From Yuukianura sp. NJ FZ-2021 (lineage: Eukaryota), in NCBI GenBank assembly GCA_046563655.1, contig CM102287.1, forward strand, positions 5,456,001 through 5,520,000: a stretch of DNA of 64,000 nt, given 5' to 3'. Position 1 is the stretch's first letter; the number at the start of each line of letters is the position of its first letter. This document shows positions 25,501 through 38,500 of this stretch, piece by piece. The translations under genes were made by a program, and so were the position numbers. Under the pieces are notes generated by a model, which worked only from the letters and a program-made list of their open reading frames with translations, made no database searches and had not been told where the DNA came from.

Positions 25501-28500
25501 TTCTTGAGCAACCTTGTGTAACACAAATCCAACTGCCTTTGGACTCCATACCTCCAAATTACAAACGAAATAACAATATAATAGAACTTTAATTTTCTAT
25601 TGTTTTTTCTACACAATAAAATCGTTCACTCCCTTCATACTAGAGAGTGAAGTAACATATTGTCGGTATTTAGTTTACTTCGCCAATTCCGTGTCACGAT
25701 TGTTCTCTTAAGACTTTATTGCCATCTTGTTACTTTTAGTAGCTAATTACTCACTAGCCTGATTAGAAGAATAAATTTAATGTAAAAACAAATACCAAAG
25801 TCCTGTCTAATCGTAAAGTTTACGCAAGAAATTTTCCATATTTTGCTGGCCTCCAGTGTTGTTCAAAAATTATTCTACGTTTTGCTAATGCGAAACTTGA
25901 CTACAACTTTAGTTTACTCGTCGGCTTGACAAATTTGATTCAAAGGTCAAGGGTCATCGCTTACAGTAGCGGTGAAAGGAAATCAAATACGCCAAATCAT
26001 AATGCTGATAGAAATTTCATTTGCTAAAATTTTAGTTATACATTCAACACAAAATTTTGGACCGCCATGGATTTTCTCATCATGTCATGTTAGTCTCTTG
26101 AAGCAAGATTGAGCAGAGTTTTTGAAACGAAGTCCTCCGTTGGTTTTTATGGAAGATGAGCATTTGAAGACAGTCGCAGGCTAATTTTAATCTAGACTTA
26201 GATGATCTCTGGTCGTCTAATGAAAAGGCATAAATCATACTAACATTACACAAGGAGCTCAGTCATGCATACGCAAGTCTCCCGTTTCCAGGAGACTCTA
26301 CAATGGATAAAAGTGGAGAGAAAGGGGTCAGGGCCCCCTTTTCCTGGAATCAATGGACTGTTAATACTACATTTTAAAATGAGGGTGAGACTCAAAGGGA
26401 AAACATTCATTAAAACTTCCAAGTCCTCGGCCATCATCATTCAGCCAAACGAGATATACTACGTTAGGTTTTATTTTAAGGCTAGGTTTGTAGTAATAGA
26501 GGGGATTTGGACTTGTGACTGTGGCTTCCAAACTAAATTGCAAGTCTTAATTCTCCCCCAATCTACAATCTAAGATCACCAGAACTGATTGGGCTCAAAA
26601 ACCCGAAAACTTAGAGACGGAATTAGAACAATCAAAGTCTTTGTTCCAAAAGTTTTTGGGGAAGTGGGTAGAAAGTCTGCTTTCACACGAGACGACGCCG
26701 CACTGACAAACGGCACATCTCCATTCAAATCCACGGAATTGGAAAAGTTGATCATAAATCAGGATGTGGCCTCTCGAGACTTTCTTTTTCAAGAAAAAAA
26801 ATTGACCCAATTCAAAAAAAAGTTTTGAAATCAAGGTTAGCTAAGGCGCTATGCTCAAAATAAATATAGAAAAAATCACACAAAAGAATACCCAAATCCC
26901 AATTCTACTGGCTGAACTTTTGTTTGGCTAAACTGTTGATGAAAAATTTGCTCCGTAGCTGATGGATCACAAAAATTCAAATGGGATTCTGAAATTTCAA
27001 ATTTTGTAAAAATACAAAACGAATCAGTAAGTTTTGAAAACTGAAAAATGTTCATTAATTTAAAGTAAAATTGAACACGTTCCTTAATTTTATGAAATTG
27101 AGAATGCTGGTTGATTTTGAACGAAAGGAATTTCAATTTCTGCGTCTCCAGCTTTGAGATTTGTTCTGGAATGATTAATTTCAAAGTTGAATTTCTCATT
27201 TGAACAGGACGACCATGTTGACATTGACAAAGAGGCTGAAAGGGAGCGTGTGAGTAACAATTATTTGTTGAAATGCATCTTCCCATTGTTACTCATCTTC
27301 ATCTTCCATCTTCACGAGAATTCCAAATCCAAAGAACCATAAGGAAATGGAGACTTCGAGTCAGGGAGCTACAAGTAAAAAACCTAATAAAACTTTTGAT
27401 GAGAAGCAGAAGCTTCGTCTTTTTTTTTCATCTTCCAAAGATCAGTTTCCCACGAAGACGATGATAGCAGGCAACAAGTTAAGTGAAGATGAGCACGAAA
27501 CTTTATAGTTTTTAATAATTCCATCCTCTTCACTTCCCAAATTGGTGACAACTGTCAACTTTTCCATCAACGCAACCATCTTGGCTTAGCTCAACCTTTT
27601 TCTAAAAGTTGTTTTAAAACTCTTTTTAAAAAGTCCCTGGAAAGCTGGGTTAGGCTTCAAAACATTTCAGTTAAAGTCATGAACAGACACATACTAAAGT
27701 AAAACGTTGTCGTTGAAACTTAATGTTCGAAGGCTTCCCATGTAGAAACGGAAGTGGTTGTTTATTTTCTTTAGATTTTTGTGGGAGGGGAGTTTACATT
27801 GTTGGAAATATAAATAACAAAAACCCAAACAAGTCCCTGCTCAATACACTTTCTTTCGAAATTGATATTCAACGTCCCCTTTTCAAACTGGTTAGCTTTT
27901 CTAAACACGATTTTTCAAAAACTGGCGGCCCTTTGGAAGCCATTGCTGTAAAACAGGCGTCTGGGCCTCACGCAAGGGAAAATAAACGAACCGATTATAA
28001 CAAAGGAAAAATGCATAATTTGATTGTTGTAAAGTGTTCTAGAATGTAACAATGGTAGCATACACATGTCTATCATGTGACTAGATGTATTACGTTCAAC
28101 TAATAATGGCTTCGACGCATTTTCATGTTTTCCCGCGCAATGCAAAAACTTGAATACAACTGGTTAAAGTCTCTGCTGCGATTTTTTTTAAACATTTTTT
28201 TTTCAATTATCAGGAACTTGAAAAACTTGCATGTCAAAGTCGTCGTAGGATGTCATGCCACAACTCACTTTTCAATTGACGATTTTTTACTGCTACTTTA
28301 CACTCTAAAACAAAATTACATAAAATTGCGAAATTGCGAGCATAAGAAACAGCCAAAATTATCACATTTTCCCCCCGTTTTACAAAAAAAAAATTGTCGT
28401 AAATTGACACGAGCGGTACAGTTTCAGTTCCGGTTTAGTAAAAACTTCGAGAGTTTGAGAAAACGTTTTCGAAAACAGAAATCAAAATATCGTAGAATTC

Positions 28501-29468
28501 AAATTGAAAACTCCAATAGTGAAAAATTACGAAGAGTAAATTAGCCTTCGGTTAGTTAACATGCCATTGAAAAGTATTGAATTCGGTGGTGCTTTGTAAA
28601 AAAAAAAGTTCGCAAAAGTTATGATGTTGTTTTCAATTCTGTTCTTGATTCAAAAGAAAAGTAAACACAGAACACACTTTCTTCTGTGGTAAAATTCAAT
28701 TTCCTTTTGCTCTAGTAAATTTTATGTACATTATGTGTAGTACTACTGCCACCAAAAACCTCAAAATTTTTGAAAAATGGATTAAGCCCTGCTGAGTTCC
28801 TCTCGACTTTTGGACTTATTTTATGAAATATATATTTTGACTACACATGAAGATTCAGAGAAGGAGACACAAATATTTTGCAAAACAAATTCCAGATTTT
28901 GTTCATATCCAGAAGTCATGGAGTGGAAACACATTTGCCATTTCTCAGCAAAAACATACAGAATATACAAACAAGGCATAATGTTACACAGAGGAGAAAG
29001 GAACAAGAGAAAGCAGGCCAACAACCTTGGCAAATTCAACTAAAATTGAATCAAAAAGCACCAGAAAAAAGAAGCACACTACCTAACTCTATAAAAATCT
29101 AGAAAAATCTGTTTGAATTGAATCAGGAGTCTGGAAATGAGGCAACCTCCTTCCTGTTGCTCCCCTTTCGCCCGGTATAGACCATTTTTATGATTACGCC
29201 GATTCAAGTGCTTTCTCCATTCACACTTTATGTATTATGTTTTATACTATAGAGTATCAAGTGTATCAAAGGACAGAGGGATATTGTTACCAGAGGAAGG
29301 GAGAAGTCTTTTTAACACTTCTTCTAATACTTGTCACTTGAAGCACATTTTAAGAACTCTTACATCTTCCGGTAAGAATGCAATTAAATGCCTTCCCCTA
29401 CACGCACTTTCCCTTTCTCCTGCTGTGATCTAAGAGGAAGGGGTTCACTTCCGCCAACCTCCATACGT

Positions 29469-29570
29469 TCTGCACATAAAAAAATAGTCGTCGAACCCCA
29501 TGCTACTATCCGGGCATAGAAAACTACCCATGCTACTCTGCACGTAAAAAAATCTATTCGTCGAACCCCA
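29469..29570. repeat. Short imperfect direct repeat, probably a transposon-end relic
   Basis: tctgcacataaaaaaatagtcgtcgaacccca (29469-29500) versus tctgcacgtaaaaaaatctattcgtcgaacccca (29537-29570). cccatgctact also occurs twice. Confidence 0.7.
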
Positions 29571-32500
29571 GTGCTTTCTCCCCTCTAGCTGCTTCCTTTT
29601 CTATTTTCTAAACCAGGAAAGTGTGTCCAGAGGATCCACTAAAATCAAAATATGTCTTTGCAGATACAGGCACTTGAGATGAAACTTGTTTATTCAGTCC
29701 CCGGACAAAAAGGGAATGTTAATGTACCGAGAAGGCAATAAAAATAGATTTCGATAACCTATACCTAACATAAAAAAAACTAACTCCAAACATGACATGA
29801 TGCTAGAAATGCAGTATACCTGGTCTAAATTTTAGTATTTTTAAGCTTTTAAAGTTTAATTCAGGTAATGGTAGGTTAAAATGCTCACCTTACGCTAGTT
29901 CATACCTAACCTAGCTGAACATAACTCAACCAAAATGGAAGTAGAATTGGAATAACAATGATAAAAGGCTCGGGATTTGAATTTTCCAAATCTGCCAATT
30001 CCATATTCCATTTTTGCCAAGAAATCAATGCATTGAGCTTTCACCAAATTTCTCTTCTTCCCTGGAGAAACTCTCGCCTTTTGCTCTGCTCCTGAGGAGC
30101 TTAAAGTCATTTGCAATGCAAAATCCTGATAACCCACATCTTGATCGGCTGATTCCCGCAGAAAGTGGAAGGCGTTAGGTTAGGAGAAAGCCATTTCCAC
30201 TTTTTTTTTGAAAAACCCCGGGAAAAGACTTGTTTACATAAAGAATTTTGGTGTGGGAGGGCCATTAGAGCAAAGCACTTTTCCAACCCTCAGTCAGCCA
30301 CTCACTCGCTCTCTGTCCATTTCTTTTCAATTCTTTATTCTTTTGCTGTCCTCCTACACTCCGTGCTGTTCGATTAGGAAAGTGGAGATAAAGGGAGAGT
30401 GAAAGTGGCGGGGATTTTGAAAGTAGCGGAGATTTTGAAAGTGAAAGTGAAGAGGAAGTGGGGTAGGCATTGAGGGACCGCTGACAGGAAATTGTCAAAG
30501 GGGAATGAAGGGCACTGAACCGGGTTTTGTGTGTGGCGGGTAACGGAGGAAAGTGACGGGGTGTTGATCTCATTTCGGAAGTAGTCCTTCCGGACAGAGG
30601 TCTAAATCACTGCCCTTCATAAAGCGACCAGTCATGAAGAAACATCGACTCCTGGAAGTGTAAAAACGGGCTTAAAAAGTATTTCGGATCAACAACAACC
30701 CGGTCAAAATCCAACAACTGCAATTTCCTCAACAAAAAAGTCCAAAGTTGAACTATTTTCCTAAATGCGTCCGAAACTCCTAAGATTTAAAAAAGCCACG
30801 GTATAATACTTTCGCTACTTCGGTATGAAGCTTTCCATATAAATCCAAGTTTTGAGGAGAAAAAAATGCCACCCAATCCAATTCGTTTTTTGAAATTCGG
30901 AGAAATCCAATCAGCAGTTGATTCCGTTAGTCCAACACATTAGGCCATGACAATTGGATTTCTCCTGTCACTCGTTCCAACACGCTTCGACTTACAAGGC
31001 AGAAAATTACTAAAAAAAATATTTCCGTTCCTCGAATTTCTCCACGCAACCAGAATTTTAATTTTGAAAGGGTTGAAGAACTAATGTTAGAGTTTGCGAG
31101 CAATGGGCATTAGGGGGAACGTTGTCTTAATGATGGTGGCGAGGGAAGAAGCCAGTCCCGGGTGACTTTGAAATTATTTGCGATGGGGATCTGTAATGGA
31201 CTTTGAGTTCTTTATTCTTCCCCCACTTCTTCTTCGGATAATTAAACTTTCTCCCCACACACATTTAATTTCAACCCGTTTCTTCCCTCTGCCTGCCAAC
31301 AATGATCACACAATCATTTCATTTTAGAAATTGCCATGGAGGGACGTCCATGACATTGTCCTTCGGAAGTATAAAAAGCAATTTCAACTTAAAGAAGAAT
31401 CTACGCAGGAGCAGAAGCCGCGAAAATGGAAAATCCTTTTACCACTTTCCCTCTTCCTTTGTTTTCCCCAAGGGGACACTTCCCTCTTCGTCACCATATT
31501 AGCAATACTTTTGAACCAAAGGACCAATTTTCTACTTAAACTTTAAATCTCCCCTTCCGCCTCCACTTCCAAGTGCCTGTCAAAAGGAAACCAAAAGCTT
31601 TGGATTATGGATTCACCAGAACTTGGAACTGTTTTCACTACCCCCAAGAAACGTAAAGTTAACATAACAACCAAGAACTGTCCCAACGTCTGCCATTCAG
31701 CTGAAACGTCAATTCTTTGGTTTTCAGTAGCAAGTGGAAAATGGAGGGGAAACTAGTGAGTCAATTCCTCAGAGAATTCTGAAATTTGAATTTGAATTCG
31801 GTCGTCTAATTTTGAAATGCTCGGCAACGGATGGTGGCGAGTTGAAAAGCATTTGTTCAATAAAAATTATTTTGAAATTTCGAAAGTTCCTGCAGCCAAA
31901 AAAATAGTCGCCACATTGGGAGCATTTTTTTTTGAATTCTTTAAAATCTGAAAGTTTGGTTAAAAAATCTAGTTAGTTCGCAACGATTTGTTGAAAACTG
32001 TTGAGCGAGATGACACATTTTAAACTCAACCTTGTGACTTGATGCCGTATAAACAATAAATGCGAACTTTACAAGCTAAATTTTTTAAAACTAAAAGTTA
32101 TATAGTCTTTGTAGAGATAAATTTTGAGTGCGTTGTACTTATGTCTGCTAAAAAACGCGAAATTCTATAAAGAATTTCGCATTTGCGTATTTACTACAGA
32201 TGAAACTCGTCTTCTTAACTGAATGATCTTTCAACTCGACTAACGAACCTTTCAAAGTTAATTAAGGTAATGCGACACATGTTTCAGTAAAAAGAAGAGA
32301 GATCTTCTTTGTACAGGAGAAGGCGTTTCCTTTTCTTTAGTTTTAGGCAAGAGAAGTCTCGTAATTGAGGCGTAGGCCTTTAGATTTCCCTTTGAAAAAA
32401 TTACAAAGTTACTAACAAGCTGGAGGAAGGGGAGGATGAACCTCCAAAATTTTATTTACAAGGTCCTATTTCTCTGGTTAAAAAGAAAAAGTTATGTTTA

Positions 32501-35500
32501 AAAAAGTCCGACATTTATTACTGAGCAGAGGCGACATTTGAGCATTTGGGAGAAACAGGAATTGATCTCCGCCTTCACCCTTTGTGTGCAGTTTCACAAA
32601 TGCTATAACAAATCATGTCAAAAGTCAAACCGCAACAAACTGGAATCCTGCGCTGCAGTGCCCTTTAGAATTCTAATTACCAAAAGTAGGAATTCAATCT
32701 TAATTGCAACCAGACGTTGGATACCACGCTGTCAATTCACCGTGAAACTCCAAAATGTCACCCAACAGCTGCATTAGCATTTCAAAGTTATACGAGCTAC
32801 TGTACCGATGCAAAGGTTTTTACTTAGAAAAGTTAGAAAATGCAGTTTTATAGAACATGCATATAATTTTAGACTTTCAGTACAGGTAGATTTAACAAAA
32901 ACTATTTTTGTCAGAAAACATCCAGGTTTTGGTTTAGTTTTTGTTTCATCGACACGAAAACATTCAAGACATAGTTTTCGCGTTTTTGGATTTAAAAATT
33001 TGGAATTCCCTGCGCTTTTATTTTTACTTCGGCAGACTTTTGCGTAAGCCATTTTCTGCAAACACTCTTCCGCCTTATCACTCGTTTCCAGAATTCAAGG
33101 AAAATTTGTTTCTTCTTTTTTTTTACTCAAAATTTCGAAAACTCCAAAGCTCTAAAAGTGCTGTGTTCTAAGCGAGACTTCATTTTTCTAGTATAAACTG
33201 GAAACTTGTGAAAGTAAAGTTAACAGCCTTCCGCTCCCCTATCTAGTTACTTAGGATGACAATGACACCGTGGAAAGGAACCACAAAGACGAAAACAGAA
33301 TCTAGCCACTTTCGGCTTGTTGTTGTCTAACGAAGACAGTTCGCCTTTGGAAACTTCAAGGAGAAAGCATCTTTGTGGAAGAAAGTAAGAGAACAAAGGG
33401 TTTTTCGAAATAAGTTGGAAGAAAGGAAATAAATCTGAAGGGGGATGAGACTCATTTGCCACACTTGAAAGTGAAAGTGAGGCTTTTAATGAAATTAAGG
33501 CCCCCAGAAGTGGTGGATTTCACTTTTCATTTTTATTTTGGCCTCAACATCTTGTTAGGCTTGTCTTGTATCTTCCCTCGTCTAATCATGGTCTCCCGGC
33601 CTAACTTTTAAGCGAAATCTCTGAGAGGCTGAAGTTGAAGTCTTCAGGAGTGACAAAGGACAAATGACAAAGGGACAGAGGGGAAAAAGGAAGACAAATT
33701 GGCACATTTCCGTTCCGCTACACTCCAATTAATCTAGGCTTAAACTTTCCAATCAACAAGCTGTCCCGCTCAAATTCAAATCCCACAACAATGGTTATTT
33801 CGACAACATGATTTTATGTAGGACAGAGTTGGTCCAGTATCTCACCGGACCATTGTTGACTTCTTACCGACGTCGTCACGATTGAGAATTCGCAAAAATT
33901 GCAAACATAATAGACCTGTTTGTTACTTATCTAATGCAAAAAAGCGACAAGAGCATTGAAATTAAAACAAGATCGAATCTACTCTCAGTACGTTTTCAAC
34001 GAGGGTTTGGCTGCACATTTTGTGAACTGGCGTAGCAATCCTTCCTTTTACGACCGAATCTCAAACTTTTCATGAATTAATCGTAGTTTTTGTAAAGTTT
34101 TTTTGGCTCTTCTGTTGATTTTGTAAAGTTTAAAATCCTATTTTGTTTGATTTTTTAGATTAAAAAAGTTTGCGAAATCTGGCGCTCCTAGAGGAGTTGC
34201 AAAATTAATGGCAATATGCTTGGAGAAAGTCTGTTTTCGTTTAAGGCGAAGCCGAATCCTCCAGCTTCTCAGGCCAAATTTGAACTTTTGAACTTTCGAG
34301 AGGAGTGAGTTGATCTTATGAAAATATAATTTTCCCTTGTTTCATGCATTTATAAACGGATTGAATGAGTTTCCAGACGAAAGCTGTGACATTGTTTCCA
34401 AAACTAGAAGTTTATGAAAACTTGAAACGACATCCACCATCCAGCACAGAAAGTTTTGTAAAGGAGAAGAAGAATGAATTAATTCTTTTCTTGGAGAAAA
34501 GTTTTAGGGAAGGAAAAGAAAAGTGAAAACTTTGAGTTAGATAACCAACAGGCAGAAGAAGGCAATGTAGTAGGCGTAAGGTAGAAAAGTGAAAGTAAAG
34601 CAGCGACTTCCGGATCAGTTTCCCAAGGATTGTTAACTTTACTAAAATTATAATTGTGTCTTTTCAGAACCTAGCCTAACAAGAAAGAAACCAGCAGAAG
34701 CTGAACTTATAAATAAAGACCATCATCAAAGGAAAGTTATGACTTTCTTCTGCTCCCACCAGGAGATCAGATCCTGATTTGTTTTAGACTTTGTTTCATC
34801 TGTTCCTTCTCAAATCAAGTTCCTGGAAGGCTCCAGAGAAAGTAAGGCTGGAGAAAGTTAAATTGAATCCTTAATGAAACAAAGTTTGACTCCGAGTTCA
34901 TAAGTTCACAATTCAAGGGCATCGACGCATTAGGAACAAGATGCGCAACTGCTTTAGGTTAGAGTAGTGGAATTGACATTATCCAGAAACAACCTAGGCT
35001 TGAGAAAAAAAAATTGAACAAAAAGTGCCGAAAAACGAAGCGGAAAGTGAATTTCTTGGTTCCTTCTAGAAAATGATAGCTTTGTTAGATTAGTCAAAAT
35101 TTCAACAGTAACTCGTTTCAACCCTACCTCTTTCAAGTTCCAAAATTTTTTGGATTATCACGCGACAAGTTTCAGCTAACCTGACGTCCCCCTCTTCATA
35201 GTTTTCTAAGGGGCGGGGGAGGAAGGGAGCCCTTTATTACAGGGAGGACTTGAAAATGGTCGTTTCCTTGGACTCCGCTGTCATGTCAGCGTCAACTTGT
35301 GGCCAGACTGACATGCCACTTTGGGTTTGGAGCATTAGAGAGAGCCCTATTACCTATCCTAGAATTATCTAAGGAGGGGAGAGCCCATCAATCAAATAGA
35401 AAACAAGGCACTTTCCATTTCTGTAATTAGATTCTGAAGTCCGATTGGCACGACACCTCCGGCACCACCTTCTCACAAACCAACTGAAACAAAGGGGCCC

Positions 35501-38500
35501 TTAATAATGCAAAAATGGACTTAAAACGCTTCTCGTCTTGCGGTTAATAAGCTGGAACTAAAAAGGTTTTATGCTTTTTTTAGAATAAAGTTATACTAAA
35601 AATACTGGAAAAGATGTCGACAGTGAAAATCACAAAGTATTTTTCACCGAATTTTCGAATTCAAAGCCTATGCTTTCTCAAACGGATGTAGGCGTGGAGG
35701 TAAAAGAGAAAAGATGCAACGCAAACCGTATACTAATCTACAGGAACAGTTATTTCACCAATCAGTTTCACCGAAATCATATTAACTGGTGTGAAGTTTT
35801 GTAAAAATTTCCAAAAAAAAAAATCCGCTTTTTTTTTTGTATAAACCAGAAACAATTCAACACAGAAATTTTTCACAAATTGATGTTGACTGAATTCACT
35901 CTTACAGAATCTCATGCTACAAAGCATACCTATGCTATGCAAAGCAAAATAATTGGTACAGCTTTTTGTTTCTTATTTTTTATTATTTCCGTTTTCTGAA
36001 AACCTGAAATTTCACTAATATTTCCCTTATGTCGTTGATAGATGCGCAGAAACTAAACAAGTTTTTTGAAACAAGAAAAAGCGCAGGTTGAACTAACTCA
36101 AAATGGAAATGGCTTCCTTCGTCATAAATCTGTTCACCAGCATAACATTCCTCATTGTTCATATTTACCTTAACCCCATAGTTAAACCATTTCCAAAAGG
36201 AAACAAAAAGTTATTAAAATTATGAACCCCAAAAATCAAGGGGTCCCGCCCCCCTCTTCCTCTCTTCGTAAATCACAATTTGACTTTTCGGGGGAAGCCA
36301 AAGCATATAGCTTTAACATTAGAATTATCTCCAATGGAAATCAAATAAGAAAATGGAAAAGGAGGTGGATTCAAAAAAACAAAAAGAAAAATTCTAACTT
36401 CACACCCACCCCTTCAGACTATTTTTTCAGAAAAAATAAAAAACTAAAACTAACTTTTAGAAAGTATGGAGAATTGTAGTGAAAAACTAACTAGTGACAC
36501 CCACTAAAGTGCTAATAAATCATTGATTTTCCTTTAAGACTTAAAGGCATTGGACAGGTGAAATCCATTTTCTCTACCCCTATTCTCTTGGCTTTAATTG
36601 GAAGGTGGAAGGGAGAGAAATTACTTTGTCAGGATTAATGATGCCGTGGGTTTTGACTTGACATGAAGGTGGTGACTGGTGGAACGCTGATTTAATTCAT
36701 GGTTTCAACCCGAACTTAACTTATACTGACCAAAGAAACAGTAAAATCTCAAAGCCAGAAAAAGATTTACGGCTTCTCACCAACTTTCACTTTAGGCTAA
36801 CGATGGGTTAGCCTAATGCTTGGTTAGGTTATTTGTTAGCTTAGGCGAGTTCTGACTTCGATTAGGCTAGGTTGAACTTTTCTGGACGTCCAATGACCAA
36901 CGAATAGGAATGACCATTCGTTCCACTTTCTCCTGTCAGGGGGTCCTGGGCGTGGACGCGGCAATACCGTAAAACTTCTAATAACTACCCGCGCAATTTA
37001 TTCAAATTCCTAACTTTCACTCCTCTTTGACTTTGCTTTTGTTTTACTTTCCCTCAACTTCTGTGGAGTCTATAAAACCACGGTAGTTTCAGGAAGTTTA
37101 CGGTATGTTCAGTTATGCTGGCGTGGGACAGCGGATGGTCGAAATGAACTTTCTCCAAGTTGGAATTGGAATTTGAAATTCTCTCTGGACAGTAAAAGGG
37201 CGATGGCTCCTTTGGGGAAACGTGCTTTCGAAGACAATGGGAAGAAGCTCATCAATCAATCAATTCCCTGTCAAGTCCTTATCCCTTCTCGTTCCCTTCA
37301 ACAACGTCCCTCATTTTCTAGATTCTTAGACGAACCTAACATTTTAGGACCCTTACAATATCTAGTATCTAACTATCTGGAACGAACTAAATTCCACATA
37401 ATGGAGAATTTACAGGATCCCGGCAACATTAAAGTCCTCCTGACTCTGACACATCTAAAGAAGAAAAGGCTCCGGACATCATCAGCCCACGTCCAATCCA
37501 TCTCCTATCGATTCTTCTTTTTTAGTTGGGACCCTTAATATCCCCATTGGACACTGACAGCTCGGCCATCCTTCACACTACCACCACCACTGTTGTCCAT
37601 TTACACCGTCGTCACTTTACTAACTGCCTGAGCCTGGCCCACATCATTGGAAACTAGTGTTTTGGTCCATAGGAAAGTTTTTGGGACAGGATGGGAGATT
37701 ATCCAGAGCTCAATTTGTCCCCGTCGTCACCAAAATGAACAGAGAGGACAACGGAAGCCTAAACCTAGCCTAGCATTCTGCTGAGGACGAACACAGACCC
37801 TGCAGCGCTAAAACTTAAGTACGCGGATGATCTTCTGCTGTCTAGAAAACAATGCTTGAGCCATTCGTATCCCTCAGCGCTGCGGCAATTTCTCATGTTA
37901 TTTGTCCAAATATTGGAAAACGCTCAGGAGAAAGCAAGTCCAGAGTTCATTGACCGCTTGACCTTTCAAAAACCAGTGAAACTTTCTTTTCTTTAGTCCA
38001 ACGACATTATTTTCGAAAAGAAGTATTTGACGAATCATTGCATGATTCCTTATGTTGTGAAAATTTGAAAAAACACAACAAAACGCCGTTTCAAAAAGAA
38101 CGTGGAGTTGACCGCTATATATCTTTGGCACTTCAGATGAGCGTGAGACTGTTGAAGGTTTTGCTGCTTGTTTCCTATAGTTTTTCAGGAATGCAATAAT
38201 GCAAACAGAAATTATTTTGAAAATTTTGAATTTGAATGTGTTTTCAATCTTTTCGAAAATCACAGAACAGAGTGATCTTCCCCGCGGAGACACACGGTGC
38301 AGCAACGTCGGGAAGATTTTGAAAAGTGTTGAAAAACACGATGATCTGTCCGCTTTTAAAATCAAAAGCTACAAAATAATTTTGAGTCACACCCTCTGCT
38401 GTCACTTCCAGCAAAATTTAAAATTAAAAACAAAAAGTTCATTTTGAATCGTGACTCATCTGGACTTTCAAAAATTCAAACCTCAACCCCCTGGACTTGT

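Noticed and set aside
30821..30837. Partial match to the reverse complement of miR-276 (cggtatgaag)
   Set aside because: Only about 10 nt match and no precursor hairpin. No conserved arthropod miRNA was recognised elsewhere by eye.
32157..32180. 10-bp stem hairpin gcgaaattct-ataa-agaatttcgc as a Helitron 3' end
   Set aside because: No CTRR terminus at the expected distance.
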